From Clostridium thermobutyricum (GTDB taxonomy: Bacteria; Bacillota; Clostridia; Ch29): DNA of 64,000 nucleotides. The stretch is from assembly GCA_016841565.1 (NCBI GenBank), contig JAENYX010000007.1, positions 25,664-89,663 of the forward strand, read 5' to 3'. Within the stretch, counting starts at the first letter, position 1, and the number at the start of each line of letters is the position of its first letter. A program made the position numbers and the translations under genes. A model generated the notes under the pieces. That model was not told where the DNA came from and searched no databases. It saw only the letters and a program-made list of their open reading frames with translations. Shown here piece by piece: positions 39,910-50,357 of this stretch.

Positions 39910-41691
39910 ATGTTCAAAAGCATTCAATGGAAAATTGTTATAATCTATTTTCTGCTTGTTTTTCTGGCTATGGTTATAGTTGGAGCAATAATTATAACAC
40001 AGCTGGAGCAGTACCATCAGGACAATTTGATTGAGACTCTGGATAAGGAAGCTCAGTTGCTTTCTGTCCAGATCCGGAACATTAACCCTGTAGGTGCTCC
40101 TGACATCCAGAGGGTTATCGAAAGATGGTATGAAGTAAGTCTCTCTCCCCAGATAAGAGAGGTTTATGTATTAAGCACCGAAAGGCTGATATTGGGCAGC
40201 AACGTACAGGGCGCAAACGACAGCTATATCGCCGATATTCTGGGGACAGATCCGCCTACAGTTCTGCACTCGTCCCTGACCGGCAAGAAGGAGACCGAGG
40301 TGGTTAAGAACGAAAACGGAGAAATGCATATTATGGACTATGCATTTCCTGTAAAGAATGCCTCAAACCAGGTGGAAAAAATTATATATATGAGGGCCGG
40401 AATGATGGGGGTAAGGGCCACTCTTGACAAGGCAAAAAATATACTTACGTCGGCAACGTTGCTGGCGCTTATTATTACGGTTATACTTGGATCCCTGTTG
40501 GCAAGGAGCATAACCGGTCCTATTAAAGAGGTTACCTCAAAGGCCGAGAAGATGGCGGAGGGGGATTTTGACCATAGGCTGGAAGTAAAATCCACCGATG
40601 AAATAGGACAGCTCACTCAGATGTTCAACTATCTTACCGGGAAGCTGAAACTGACGCTGGGCGAAATAGAAAGCGAAAAGGGGAAAATGGAAGCCATTCT
40701 TACTTATATGACCGACGGCGTAATTGCGGTTAATACAGACGGTAATATAATTCATGCAAATCCTGCGGCTATCAGGCTGTTGGGTATTAAACACAGCGAT
40801 ATGCATGAGGCAAAGCTTGAGGAGCTTTTTGCCACAGTTAACATAGATATGAGCGTCAGTAAGATTAAAAAACACCCGACCAATGAAGAAATGATTATTC
40901 AGATAGGCGATACCATACTAAATATGGAAACGGCAGCTTTTAAGAGCGAGCAGAAAAAAACCCTTGGATATATCCTGGTATTTCAGGATATTACTGAGCA
41001 GCATAAGCTGGAGACCATGAGGAAAGAATACGTAGCAAACGTTTCCCATGAACTGAGGACACCGCTGACCACTGTCCGCAGCTATGTCGAGACGCTGCTG
41101 GAGGGTGCAATAGACCAAAAGGAGCTGGCGGTGGATTTCCTCACGGTGGTTAACAGCGAGGCAGAACGTATGACCCGTCTTGTAAAGGACCTATTATTGC
41201 TGTCTAAGCTGGATTACCAGCAGACCCAGTGGAATAAAATCCAGTTCAGTCTGGAGAAAATCATAGACGAGACGGTCAAAAAGCTGGATATTCCGATAAA
41301 ACAAAAAGGACATACCCTTACCGTCAAAAAGATGTCCCCGCTGCCCCTGTTTGACGGGGATAAGGACAGAATAGAACAGGTTATTTTAAATATAGTCAGC
41401 AATGCAATTAAGTACACGCCCGATAAGGGAGAAATTGAGGTAATAACCGGATATTCGGACGGCAAGGCCAGTATAGTGGTAAAGGATAACGGAATAGGGA
41501 TACCCGAAAACGATATGCCCAGGATTTTTGAAAGGTTTTACAGGGTAGACAAATCAAGGGCCAGGGAGCTTGGAGGAACCGGACTGGGACTTTCTATAGC
41601 CAGACAGATAATAGAAGCCCACAAGGGTCAAATAGAGATTAGCAGCACGCACGGTAAAGGTACGACGGTTACCATACTTTTGCCGGCGTGA
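39910..41691 (+). CDS. walK: Sensor histidine kinase WalK (YycG)
   Basis: Two TM helices flank an extracytoplasmic domain, followed by HAMP, PAS, an H-box (SHELRTPLT) and HATPase_c motifs (GGTGLGLSIA). Confidence 0.85.
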   Translation: MFKSIQWKIVIIYFLLVFLAMVIVGAIIITQLEQYHQDNLIETLDKEAQLLSVQIRNINPVGAPDIQRVIERWYEVSLSPQIREVYVLSTERLILGSNVQGANDSYIADILGTDPPTVLHSSLTGKKETEVVKNENGEMHIMDYAFPVKNASNQVEKIIYMRAGMMGVRATLDKAKNILTSATLLALIITVILGSLLARSITGPIKEVTSKAEKMAEGDFDHRLEVKSTDEIGQLTQMFNYLTGKLKLTLGEIESEKGKMEAILTYMTDGVIAVNTDGNIIHANPAAIRLLGIKHSDMHEAKLEELFATVNIDMSVSKIKKHPTNEEMIIQIGDTILNMETAAFKSEQKKTLGYILVFQDITEQHKLETMRKEYVANVSHELRTPLTTVRSYVETLLEGAIDQKELAVDFLTVVNSEAERMTRLVKDLLLLSKLDYQQTQWNKIQFSLEKIIDETVKKLDIPIKQKGHTLTVKKMSPLPLFDGDKDRIEQVILNIVSNAIKYTPDKGEIEVITGYSDGKASIVVKDNGIGIPENDMPRIFERFYRVDKSRARELGGTGLGLSIARQIIEAHKGQIEISSTHGKGTTVTILLPA

Positions 41692-41725
41692 ATGCCATAT
41701 TTTTGTAAGGATATCTTAATTTTTC

Positions 41726-41742
41726 TGTAACACTGCTGTAAT
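41726..41742 (+). promoter_or_regulatory. Candidate WalR binding box TGTAAC-N5-TGTAAT upstream of the secreted ORF
   Basis: This is an exact match to the TGTWAH-N5-TGTWAH direct repeat. It lies 9 nt upstream of a TATATAAT -10 element. Confidence 0.5.
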
Positions 41743-41818
41743 ATACTTAGTATATAATTTTTATGAGAAGCTGTATCTATAAAATGGTTACAGTTACAAT
41801 GGTCTAGGGGGAGAACCT

Positions 41819-42295
41819 ATGCTCAGGAAAGGAAGCCTAATACTGATTATCAGCTTAATAATTGTGCTTAATATGCTTACACCGGCGTTGGCAACTCCCC
41901 GCATTGTAGAGCTGATTAAGCCTATTACCGATATTAAAACGGTAAACAAAAATATAATTATATCCGGATGGGCAGAGGCAGATACCAAACTGGAAATAAG
42001 AGTATTTGGCAGAGTGACGCAGGATGTTGACGGGCAGGAAGTGTATGAGTGGGAGGAATATATTCAGCCCGGAAAAGAGGCTGGATTGGTGGTGGGACCC
42101 ACCGGTTTTTTTGCAAGGGAAGTGGAACTAAAGAACGGTAGCAACAAGATTGAAATAAAGGCAGTTAATCCTGAGGGAGAAGAGGAGATAATTGAAGGAG
42201 TGGTCACCCTATCCAGCAAGGACGAGGTAAGGGAGGCAGTCCGGAATCTGATGAACGTCAATTTCCTTGATATCATTAAAAAGATTATAAAGTAG
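41819..42295 (+). CDS. Small secreted protein of unknown function (signal peptide, beta-rich), inserted between walK and yycH
   Basis: A 158-aa ORF with a strong RBS (AGGGGGAG) and a signal peptide ending ALATP. No family was recognised. Confidence 0.55.
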   Translation: MLRKGSLILIISLIIVLNMLTPALATPRIVELIKPITDIKTVNKNIIISGWAEADTKLEIRVFGRVTQDVDGQEVYEWEEYIQPGKEAGLVVGPTGFFAREVELKNGSNKIEIKAVNPEGEEEIIEGVVTLSSKDEVREAVRNLMNVNFLDIIKKIIK

Positions 42296-42312
42296 GCAGA
42301 TACTGTCCACTC

Positions 42313-43728
42313 TTGTGTTCGGAGTTGGTCAATGTGAATAAAGAAAAGATTAAAAACTGGATTTTGATTGGGCTTGTACTTCTTAGTTTCGGGTTTACTA
42401 CCCAGCTATGGCTGAGCATCCCCATAGGGCAGATAATACCCAGCAACCAGGCCTTTTCTGGACAGGATAGTAAAGAAGACTATGACCTGTCTAGTTTTGT
42501 TTTACCCCAGTGGATGGTGGTAAACTTCGGCGGGGAGTCCCATACCAAGCTCATTAATGATTCTTCAAACCATAATATTTTCAGCGATATATACGGCGAA
42601 GTATCGAAAATACTGGAGTATATTTTCGCCAATGAACAGGATATGGACTTTATTCAGGTCGAGAGGGATGACTGGGCGGCTGCAAGGGAAGGCAAATCCA
42701 TAGAAGTCCAGTATAGAGGGCCATTTCATCTTGACATATTTAAGAAAATATTTGCCGGAGAAAAGGCCCAGGGGAATATGCCCATTACCGCCATAAAGGG
42801 GATAACCATATCTCTGGGTACCGATAGAGCCATATACATACACGATGGGGAAAATGAAGTAATATATAAATCACAGCTTCCGGTTACCGACACTTCATTG
42901 GATCAGTTGGTTGACAGGCTTGAGGAAAGGGATCCGGTAAAATACTGGACACTTGAGGAAATAGGATACAGTGACAACAATAATTTTTATGTTCCCCTTG
43001 ATATGAGCTCCTTTAACCTGCCTGTGGGTACTGCGGCAAAGGAACTTGATACCAATAACCACGGGGTTTTGGATTTACAAGCATCCGGTTTCTTTAGTGA
43101 TATGTCTCTGGTAAGGAAGATAACCGAAATGAACGGGTCTTTAATTTATACCGACGGACAAAGTGCCTTGCTGCGAATTGATACCAACGGATTTTTGGAA
43201 TATATGGTTTATAGTTCGGCCGGCGGGGATAAGAGCCGCGCCGATGTTAACAGCGCACTGGAAGCAGCACTATTGTTCATCAGTAACCATGGGGGTATTC
43301 CCGAGCAATTATATTTGGAGGAAATCCGGGGGGTGGTGGAGAACGATTATCCGGGTTACCTGCTTAAGTTTAATTATGCATACAACGGGCTGCCTTTCTT
43401 CCGGAGGAGCCGCCTTGAGACCAGCGCTGTGGAGGTTACCGTGGCAGAAGGGAAAGTCGTTAGATACAATAGATATATCCATCAGATAACAAAGGCCAGG
43501 ATTGAACAAAAACCTTTACTATACCCCGTGGAAGCGGCAGATGTAGTGGCAAAAGCAATAAGCGGATCCGGGGGTGCCAAGAACCTGCCTGTTATATCGG
43601 ATATGTATCTTGGATATTGCATTGACATGGGTGAGGCAAAGAATTTTCAGGCATTCCCCGTATGGTATATCAAAACCGAGGAACGGGCATACATAGTGGA
43701 TGCTTATCAGGGAAGGCTGATAGAATAG
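42313..43728 (+). CDS. yycH: YycH-like two-component regulatory protein (WalK activity regulator)
   Basis: A 471-aa ORF with an N-terminal TM helix and an extracytoplasmic domain, in the position of yycH. The start may be the internal GTG at 42334. Confidence 0.6.
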   Translation: MCSELVNVNKEKIKNWILIGLVLLSFGFTTQLWLSIPIGQIIPSNQAFSGQDSKEDYDLSSFVLPQWMVVNFGGESHTKLINDSSNHNIFSDIYGEVSKILEYIFANEQDMDFIQVERDDWAAAREGKSIEVQYRGPFHLDIFKKIFAGEKAQGNMPITAIKGITISLGTDRAIYIHDGENEVIYKSQLPVTDTSLDQLVDRLEERDPVKYWTLEEIGYSDNNNFYVPLDMSSFNLPVGTAAKELDTNNHGVLDLQASGFFSDMSLVRKITEMNGSLIYTDGQSALLRIDTNGFLEYMVYSSAGGDKSRADVNSALEAALLFISNHGGIPEQLYLEEIRGVVENDYPGYLLKFNYAYNGLPFFRRSRLETSAVEVTVAEGKVVRYNRYIHQITKARIEQKPLLYPVEAADVVAKAISGSGGAKNLPVISDMYLGYCIDMGEAKNFQAFPVWYIKTEERAYIVDAYQGRLIE

Positions 43729-43746
43729 GGCTTGGGGGTTAGGTGC

Positions 43747-44598
43747 ATGGATTGGGCCAGGGCAAAAACCATATTAATAATAGCCTTTATTATAACCAAT
43801 GCTTTCCTGGCGTATAATGTCTGGGAGACAAAGTATTATGGGTATCGCAACGAGCGCATCAGCGACCAGAGTATTAGTGAAGTGGTGTCCATACTTGAAG
43901 GAAGAGGTATACAAGTTAATACCTCCATCCCAAAAGACATTTACGCAAACGGTATACTTACGGTTGAATACATGGAAATAAACGTTCAGGAATTAATGGA
44001 AGCGGTTTATGAAAAAAAAGGCATTGTTCCTGTAACGCAGGGGGATTCGGTTAAACACGTTGAGGATGGAATAATACTGGAGGTCAAAAATAACAAGGAG
44101 ATATTTTATAATAATCTGGATCTAAGGAATAAACCCAAAGTCGGTCTGTCCCAGCAGGATGCAGTAAAGATCGGAGAAGATTTTCTAAAAAAATATAATT
44201 TGTATAAACCCTCTATGGTTATTGACAGTGTTGTGCCAATACAGGATGGATACTCTTTATCCCTGGTCCAGCAATATAAGGATAAGCTGTTGGAGGTCAG
44301 CATTGTGGAAATGGAAGTCACATCGGGGGGAGTGCATTCCATGCATTTGCTGTGGCTTAACCCGATGAAAATGGAAGCCAGCAGGAAGAAAATCATTCAT
44401 GCCATAGATGCACTGATAAAAGTAGCAGGGCAAAAGGAAGTTATGAAGAGTGTTCCTGTTGAGGTTGATACCATAAGGCTGGTACATTATTTCGACTGGG
44501 CGACGGCAAGGGAAGGCCAGGCTTTTCCCGCATGGAAGGTTAGTGTAAACGGCCAGGCTTACTATGTTAACGCGTTTTCGGGACAAATAAACAAATAA
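43747..44598 (+). CDS. yycI: YycI-like two-component regulatory protein
   Basis: MDWARAKTILIIAFIITNAFLAYNVW is the typical YycI N-terminal anchor. Confidence 0.65.
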   Translation: MDWARAKTILIIAFIITNAFLAYNVWETKYYGYRNERISDQSISEVVSILEGRGIQVNTSIPKDIYANGILTVEYMEINVQELMEAVYEKKGIVPVTQGDSVKHVEDGIILEVKNNKEIFYNNLDLRNKPKVGLSQQDAVKIGEDFLKKYNLYKPSMVIDSVVPIQDGYSLSLVQQYKDKLLEVSIVEMEVTSGGVHSMHLLWLNPMKMEASRKKIIHAIDALIKVAGQKEVMKSVPVEVDTIRLVHYFDWATAREGQAFPAWKVSVNGQAYYVNAFSGQINK

Positions 44599-44627
44599 AA
44601 AGCCTGTTATTGGAAACAGGCTTTTTA
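44597..44627 (+). terminator. Rho-independent terminator after yycI
   Basis: AGCCTGTT-attgga-AACAGGCT followed by TTTTTATTT. Confidence 0.7.
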
Positions 44628-44739
44628 TTTGTTTATAGAAGGAATTTATTGCTATTTGTTGAAAGTTATATTATTATTGGTCAATGTGGCATTTATGATA
44701 TAATATATTTTAAGACAATCAGAAGGGAGATACGGCAGA

Positions 44740-45999
44740 GTGGAGAAGCTTTTGATTAATGGCGGAAAACCATTGGTTGGACAAATATCTGTTAGCGGCG
44801 CAAAGAATGCAACTGTGGCGTTAATACCGGCAGCCTTGATTTCAAATAGTAAATGCGTTTTAGAGAATCTGCCTTTGATTAGGGATGTTTATGTTTTAAA
44901 GGATATTATTGTACAAATGGGAGCGAAAGCATGCATAGACCAGTCGGGAACTATGGAGATTGACTCGTCCGGATTGAACCGTTCACATATTGCCAACGGT
45001 CAGGTTAAGGAATTAAGAGCTTCGTACTACCTTTTGGGAGCATTGCTGGCTCGCTTCAAGGAGGTTTCCATGGCATATCCCGGAGGCTGTGATATAGGCT
45101 TAAGACCAATAGACCAGCATATAAAGGGTTTTAAGGCTTTAGGAGCAGAGGTCGAGATAGAGCATGGAATGATAAGCCTCAAAGCAAAGAAGCTTGTTGG
45201 GAGCGATATATTTCTGGATGTGGTCAGTGTAGGTGCTACCATTAACCTAATGATTGCGGCAACTATGGCCGAGGGAACAACCGTTTTGGAAAATGCGGCC
45301 AAGGAGCCTCATGTGGTGGATGTCGCAAACTTTCTTAACTCGATGGGAGCCAGAGTAAAGGGAGCGGGTACCGATGTAATTAAAATAATGGGTGTCGAAA
45401 AATTACATGAAAGCAGCTATATGGTAATTCCCGACCAGATAGAGGCCGGCACCTATATGATAGCTGCGGCGGCCATTCCCGGAGGAGACGTAACCATCAA
45501 TAACGTTATTCCAAAGCACTTGGATTCTATCGCTGCAAAACTGGTTGAAATGGGGATTGAAGTACATTTTAACGGTGATTCGGTCAGAGTGATAAGCAAT
45601 AGAAAACCAAAAAGCGCAGATATAAAGACCCTTCCCTACCCCGGATTTCCTACCGACCTGCAGCAGCCCATAACATCCCTGTTAACTTTGTCGGACGGCA
45701 CCAGTATGATTACCGAAAGTATTTGGGAGGGCCGCTTCAGACACGTGGATGAGCTTAAGAGGATGGGTGCCGACATTAAGGTTGAAGGCAGGGTTGCTGT
45801 GGTTGAAGGCACCGACGGCTTAAGTGGTGCCAAAGTCAGTGCAACCGATTTAAGGGCAGGGGCTGCCTTGGTTATTGCCGGGCTTATGGCCAACGGAGAG
45901 ACGGAAATATTCAATCTGTTCCATATAGACCGTGGATATGAGAATCTGGAAGGTAAACTGGCTTCCCTTGGAGCAGATATTCGAAGGGTTAAGTATTAG
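44740..45999 (+). CDS. murA: UDP-N-acetylglucosamine 1-carboxyvinyltransferase (MurA paralogue)
   Basis: [24 protein letters not shown] and the rest of the EPT-fold pattern are present. The gene has a GTG start. Confidence 0.9.
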   Translation: MEKLLINGGKPLVGQISVSGAKNATVALIPAALISNSKCVLENLPLIRDVYVLKDIIVQMGAKACIDQSGTMEIDSSGLNRSHIANGQVKELRASYYLLGALLARFKEVSMAYPGGCDIGLRPIDQHIKGFKALGAEVEIEHGMISLKAKKLVGSDIFLDVVSVGATINLMIAATMAEGTTVLENAAKEPHVVDVANFLNSMGARVKGAGTDVIKIMGVEKLHESSYMVIPDQIEAGTYMIAAAAIPGGDVTINNVIPKHLDSIAAKLVEMGIEVHFNGDSVRVISNRKPKSADIKTLPYPGFPTDLQQPITSLLTLSDGTSMITESIWEGRFRHVDELKRMGADIKVEGRVAVVEGTDGLSGAKVSATDLRAGAALVIAGLMANGETEIFNLFHIDRGYENLEGKLASLGADIRRVKY

Positions 46000-46029
46000 C
46001 AGGAATTAAGTTTGTTTCAGGGGGTATAT

Positions 46030-46842
46030 ATGACTATACGGTTTTGTGCATTATCCAGCGGGAGCAGCGGAAACTGCCTATTCTTATCAACCGGTAAAAC
46101 TTCTTTGCTGGTGGATGCGGGACTAAGCGGTAAAAAAATAGAACAGCTTATGAGAACAATTGAAGCTTCACCCCGGTCAATAGATGCAATCCTGGTAACC
46201 CATGACCACATTGACCATATCAGCGGAGTAGGAGTACTTAGCCGGCGCTTTGATATACCCATTTATGCCAATCCCCTTACCTGGCAGGTTATGGGCGGGA
46301 AAATAGGGGATGTTTCCTTAAAAAATACAAACCAATTTTACACAAGCAAGGAATTTTATATTGCAGATATATGCATTAGATCCTATCCTATCTCCCACGA
46401 TGCGGCTGACCCCGTGGGCTTCACTTTTTATAGCAGAAATTCAAAAATATCTATTGCAAACGACCTTGGCTGCGTAACCCCTGACGTAGAACAGGAGATA
46501 AGGGACAGCAGCTTTCTAATGTTGGAGTCAAACCATGATACCGAGATGTTAAAGGTGGGCTCATATCCCTGGCATCTGAAGAGGAGAATAGCCGGTGAGA
46601 TGGGGCACCTGTCAAATGAAGATGCAGGAAATGCCCTTTTAAGACTTGCCGGCGGGAGTACTAAAGCAGTGCTTCTGGGACATCTGAGTAAGGAGAACAA
46701 TTACCCGCCTTTGGCGCTGGAAACCGTAAAGAGCATACTTGTGCAGGGTGGAATAGAAGTGGGGAGGGAAATGAATATTGACCTGTCCTTCAGGGATAAA
46801 ATAAGTAGGGTTTATACTATAAACGGCCAGGAGGTATATTAA
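46030..46842 (+). CDS. yycJ: MBL-fold metallo-hydrolase YycJ/WalJ
   Basis: The metallo-beta-lactamase motif VTHDHIDHISG is present. The gene is translationally coupled to the htrA-like gene by a TAATG overlap. Confidence 0.8.
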   Translation: MTIRFCALSSGSSGNCLFLSTGKTSLLVDAGLSGKKIEQLMRTIEASPRSIDAILVTHDHIDHISGVGVLSRRFDIPIYANPLTWQVMGGKIGDVSLKNTNQFYTSKEFYIADICIRSYPISHDAADPVGFTFYSRNSKISIANDLGCVTPDVEQEIRDSSFLMLESNHDTEMLKVGSYPWHLKRRIAGEMGHLSNEDAGNALLRLAGGSTKAVLLGHLSKENNYPPLALETVKSILVQGGIEVGREMNIDLSFRDKISRVYTINGQEVY

Positions 46843-47972
46843 TGTCCAGGACAGGGCTCGCAAAATTATATCCCTACTTGATGGTTGCAGTGGTAGCTGC
46901 CGCTATTGGCGGAGCAGCAGGAGGGGTGGTATCCAACAATATGTGGATACAGCAAAGGCCTATTGAGTACAGAAGGCAGGAGGACCATCAAGATCCTGCC
47001 AAAATCATATACCCGGAAGGGGAGAGTCCGGGAATTGTACGGGCGGTGGCCGAGAAGAACATAGCAGCGGTGGTATCCATAGTTACAGTTGAAATAAAGA
47101 GAGATGAAATATCAAATCCCACCGAGGTGAGTGGTATTGGTTCGGGAGTTATAGTGGAGCCCAAGGGGTATATCCTGACTAATGACCACGTTGTTGGCAA
47201 GAATCCCAGGGAAATTAACGTACTGTTTGAGAACGGTCAGGAAATGCCGGCCCAGGTGCTGTGGCAGGATTCCACTCTTGATTTGGCGTTGATAAAGGTT
47301 GATGCCACAGGGCTGCCCTATGCCGAGCTGGGGGATTCCGATCAGGTAGGTATAGGTGATATTGCAATAGCCATAGGCAGCCCCCTTGGCTTGAGGTTTC
47401 AAAGGACGGTAACTTCAGGCGTAATAAGTGCACTCAACAGGTCACTGACAGTAGCGGCGGATTCTGAAGAAGTTATAATGGAGGACCTTATACAGACCGA
47501 TGCGTCCATAAACCCCGGTAACAGCGGTGGACCGCTGCTTAATGCGAAGGGGCAGATTGTGGGCATTAATTCTGCCAAAGCCTCGGATGCCGAAGGCATT
47601 GGTTTTGCCGTACCCATAAATATAGCAAAGCCAATAATAAGGCAGGTGGTTGAAAAAGGCTTCTTCAGGCCAATGTACCTTGGCATTGACGGATATGACC
47701 GTGAGATAGCCGGTTACTACAATACCGATATGGATATACAAAGAGGCATTTATGTTGCCAGGGTTCATCCAAATACGCCGGCTAGCGATGCAGGCCTAAG
47801 AGAAGGGGATATAATCCTTGAGATGGACGGTCAGGCCCTTAATTCCATGGTTAAGATGAGAAGCATATTGTTTGGTATTGACCGGCCAAGAGAGGTTGAG
47901 CTTTCGGTTAAGAGGGATGGCAGGATTGAAGAAAAGCAAGTAGAATTGGTCCCGAGACCCGAAGGGTTCTAG
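46842..47972 (+). CDS. HtrA-like S1C serine protease with PDZ domain (YycK/HtrC-like)
   Basis: An N-terminal TM helix, a trypsin-like domain (GNSGGPL) and a C-terminal PDZ domain are present. Confidence 0.85.
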   Translation: MSRTGLAKLYPYLMVAVVAAAIGGAAGGVVSNNMWIQQRPIEYRRQEDHQDPAKIIYPEGESPGIVRAVAEKNIAAVVSIVTVEIKRDEISNPTEVSGIGSGVIVEPKGYILTNDHVVGKNPREINVLFENGQEMPAQVLWQDSTLDLALIKVDATGLPYAELGDSDQVGIGDIAIAIGSPLGLRFQRTVTSGVISALNRSLTVAADSEEVIMEDLIQTDASINPGNSGGPLLNAKGQIVGINSAKASDAEGIGFAVPINIAKPIIRQVVEKGFFRPMYLGIDGYDREIAGYYNTDMDIQRGIYVARVHPNTPASDAGLREGDIILEMDGQALNSMVKMRSILFGIDRPREVELSVKRDGRIEEKQVELVPRPEGF

Positions 47973-47998
47973 TCTCACCCTGAAAGGGAGATGTGTTT

Positions 47999-48166
47999 AT
48001 GTATGTAGTATGTAAGGAGCACATAGAAATAGCCATTGATGAATTTTTGGATGAATACCTTCAGGTACCCGATTTATACCAACTTGAGAGCACTATATTT
48101 ACCGGGTGGACACCGCCGGAAAAATGTCAATTCTGTGATGCATGTTCCCAATATCTCGTAATTTAA
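47999..48166 (+). CDS. CxxH/CxxC small protein (BA_5709-like family), missing from the ORF track because it is under 60 aa
   Basis: A 55-aa ORF, MYVVCKEHIEIAIDEFLDEY...CQFCDACSQYLVI, with an AAGGGAG RBS 9 nt upstream. It sits in the conserved position after the htrA-like gene. Confidence 0.6.
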   Translation: MYVVCKEHIEIAIDEFLDEYLQVPDLYQLESTIFTGWTPPEKCQFCDACSQYLVI

Positions 48167-48400
48167 TGTTATAATAAAATTGAATGTTTAGCTTGTTAGT
48201 TGAGATACCCAGGAAGGAGAATGCCTATTGAAGCGTTTTCTGGAAAATATGAGTCCACTGGCTCTTTTCGGGTTGCTGATTTTGATAGGGACTGCTCCTG
48301 TGTTCGCAATACTATTCAGATATTTTAAAAGGCACGGCCGTTAGAATGTTGGAGGTTTGGATAAATAAGGCGGTACCGGAACAAGAAAGGAAATAGCTCT

Positions 48401-48880
48401 GTGAATATCACAATTATTGCGGTGGGAAAAATCAGGGAAAAATACATAGTATCAGGAATAAAGGAGTTCCAAAAAAGACTAAGCACATACTGCCGGCTTA
48501 ACATTATTGAAGTAGCCGACCGTAAGGCCCCGGAGGGCTTAAGCCGGGCACAGCTCGAGGAAGTGAAGGACCGGGAAGGCAGGGATGTTTTGAAGTCTGT
48601 CAGGACGGGCAGCCATGTTATAGCCCTTGATATGGGCGGAAAGAAATTATCCTCAGAGGCTATGGCAGACTATATGGACAAGTTGGCTCTTGAAGGCAGC
48701 AGCAATATTACATTTGTAATCGGAGGCTCAAACGGCCTTTCACAAGAGATTCTAAATCAGGCCGATATGAGGCTTTCCTTTTCCGACATGACCTTCCCGC
48801 ATCAGTTAATGCGACTTATATTGCTGGAGCAGATATACCGCTGGTTTAAGATAAGCCGGGGGCAGCCTTATCATAAATAA
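48401..48880 (+). CDS. rlmH: 23S rRNA (pseudouridine1915-N3)-methyltransferase RlmH
   Basis: A 159-aa SPOUT-family ORF (MNITIIAVGKIREKY...) with a GTG start. Confidence 0.9.
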   Translation: MNITIIAVGKIREKYIVSGIKEFQKRLSTYCRLNIIEVADRKAPEGLSRAQLEEVKDREGRDVLKSVRTGSHVIALDMGGKKLSSEAMADYMDKLALEGSSNITFVIGGSNGLSQEILNQADMRLSFSDMTFPHQLMRLILLEQIYRWFKISRGQPYHK

Positions 48881-48903
48881 AGGGGATAGATGGCTATCCC
48901 CTT
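48880..48903. terminator. Terminator after rlmH, convergent with the minus-strand operon
   Basis: AAGGGGATAG-atgg-CTATCCCCTT followed by a T-rich tract. Confidence 0.7.
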
Positions 48904-48921
48904 TATTGTACCGTTATTTGT

Positions 48922-50340
48922 TTACTGTTCTTCCAGCATGAAACGCCGTGCCCCATACAGCCTTTCCAGGAAAGTCTGGGTGGATGAAGACAGAATGGTT
49001 AAAGGCGTAACTGCGATCTCTCGGGTACTGTAGTATTTGGTTGTCCCGTCGGGCTGCGGTACGCGGAAACCTCCGAAATCATGGATCATATAATAGTCAT
49101 TTTTGTATTTGCCTAAATACAGCATTGCATGGCCGCTCATATACAGCGCTGTCCCGGGTTCAATCTTGTCCATAAGCTTTTTCCTGTCTTCCAGGCTCAT
49201 GTCTTCATTCATTTCATAAAACACTCCTGCTGCAAGCTGGCCCTGTTCGCCTGAGTTTCTGGGAATATTCACACCCATTGTCCTGAATATATCCATCATA
49301 AAGGCTGTACAATCCCTGGCGTTAAAGGTGCCCCCCCAGCCATATCTCTGGCCTTGCATCTTGAAAGCCTGCCTGATGATGTTTTCATTGGTATAGGGCA
49401 GGTAACCCACGCAGACATCCTCTGACCTTGATATCAGCGCCAGCCTGAATACTGCCCATCCGTCGGAACCCCTTGTGGGCAATTTAACTACAAAATTGCC
49501 GGCCGGATTCTGTAAGTCTATGTCATCGGGGATTTCCTCTGCTCTTGCCAGCGGAAGCTTTACTCCCATATCAAGCTGCAGCTCCGAGACCGCTGCGTCT
49601 ATGGTGTTGTAACTCGTAAAGGTCCGATTTCCTGTTATCATTAGAAAATCATGCTGCTCCAAATAATCAAACAGCTCATCTTTACCAGTCAATGCAACAT
49701 CTTCTGCCGGTATCCACGCCAGGTAATTATACATCTGGGCAAAATACCATTGGTTGTCTGTGCTGGTGTGGAGGATTACCAAGGGCTCTACAGGGTATAC
49801 CGCAGTTTCCATGAACATGTCGTTTTCGCTGCCGGTACTGGAGAATACCCTGTCAGCGGTAGGGAAGGTTCTGAGTTCGGTCCTCTTTACAGATATGCCG
49901 TATCCTACCGGGTTGACTTCTTCCAGGCCGTCAATGTTGAGATTGCTTACCAGAGCGTCAAAATACTCTGATGTAAGCAGCTCCCCTTTGCTGTTATATC
50001 TATTGGATGTAGGAACTGCACTTACTTTTCCAAGCAGAGATTTAAGCTCCTCTTTTGTGAAACTTTCTTTGTAATTTTGGAGGTCAACAACCGGGTCGCA
50101 TACTTGGATATTATTGAGGTTATATTGTTCTATCTCGCCGCTGTTCATTATGATTTTCTCTGCGTGCTGGGCATGCTTCACCCAGAAGTCCGGATACAGC
50201 ATTTCCTCGGTAACTCCTGGTATATTGGATTGGAATTGCTGGTAGTTCTCTATGCCGCTTCTTCCAGCTGCAATCGCTATCGAGCCATGCAATAATGCCA
50301 TTACCAGTATCAAGCAGATAGCGGTTTTCCTTAACCTCAT
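48922..50340 (-). CDS. Secreted SH3b plus NlpC/P60 cell-wall peptidase (YkfC-like gamma-D-Glu-L-diamino acid endopeptidase)
   Basis: A signal peptide precedes the C-terminal NlpC/P60 Cys-His core (DCTAFMMDIF...HAMLYLG). Confidence 0.7.
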   Translation of the reverse strand: MRLRKTAICLILVMALLHGSIAIAAGRSGIENYQQFQSNIPGVTEEMLYPDFWVKHAQHAEKIIMNSGEIEQYNLNNIQVCDPVVDLQNYKESFTKEELKSLLGKVSAVPTSNRYNSKGELLTSEYFDALVSNLNIDGLEEVNPVGYGISVKRTELRTFPTADRVFSSTGSENDMFMETAVYPVEPLVILHTSTDNQWYFAQMYNYLAWIPAEDVALTGKDELFDYLEQHDFLMITGNRTFTSYNTIDAAVSELQLDMGVKLPLARAEEIPDDIDLQNPAGNFVVKLPTRGSDGWAVFRLALISRSEDVCVGYLPYTNENIIRQAFKMQGQRYGWGGTFNARDCTAFMMDIFRTMGVNIPRNSGEQGQLAAGVFYEMNEDMSLEDRKKLMDKIEPGTALYMSGHAMLYLGKYKNDYYMIHDFGGFRVPQPDGTTKYYSTREIAVTPLTILSSSTQTFLERLYGARRFMLEEQ

Positions 50341-50357
50341 AGCATACTCCTCCTTTA

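Noticed and set aside
45741-45746. A third CACGTG core, as a possible additional parS
   Set aside because: The flanking bases (cagaCACGTGgatg) do not match the TGTTNCACGTGAAACA arms.
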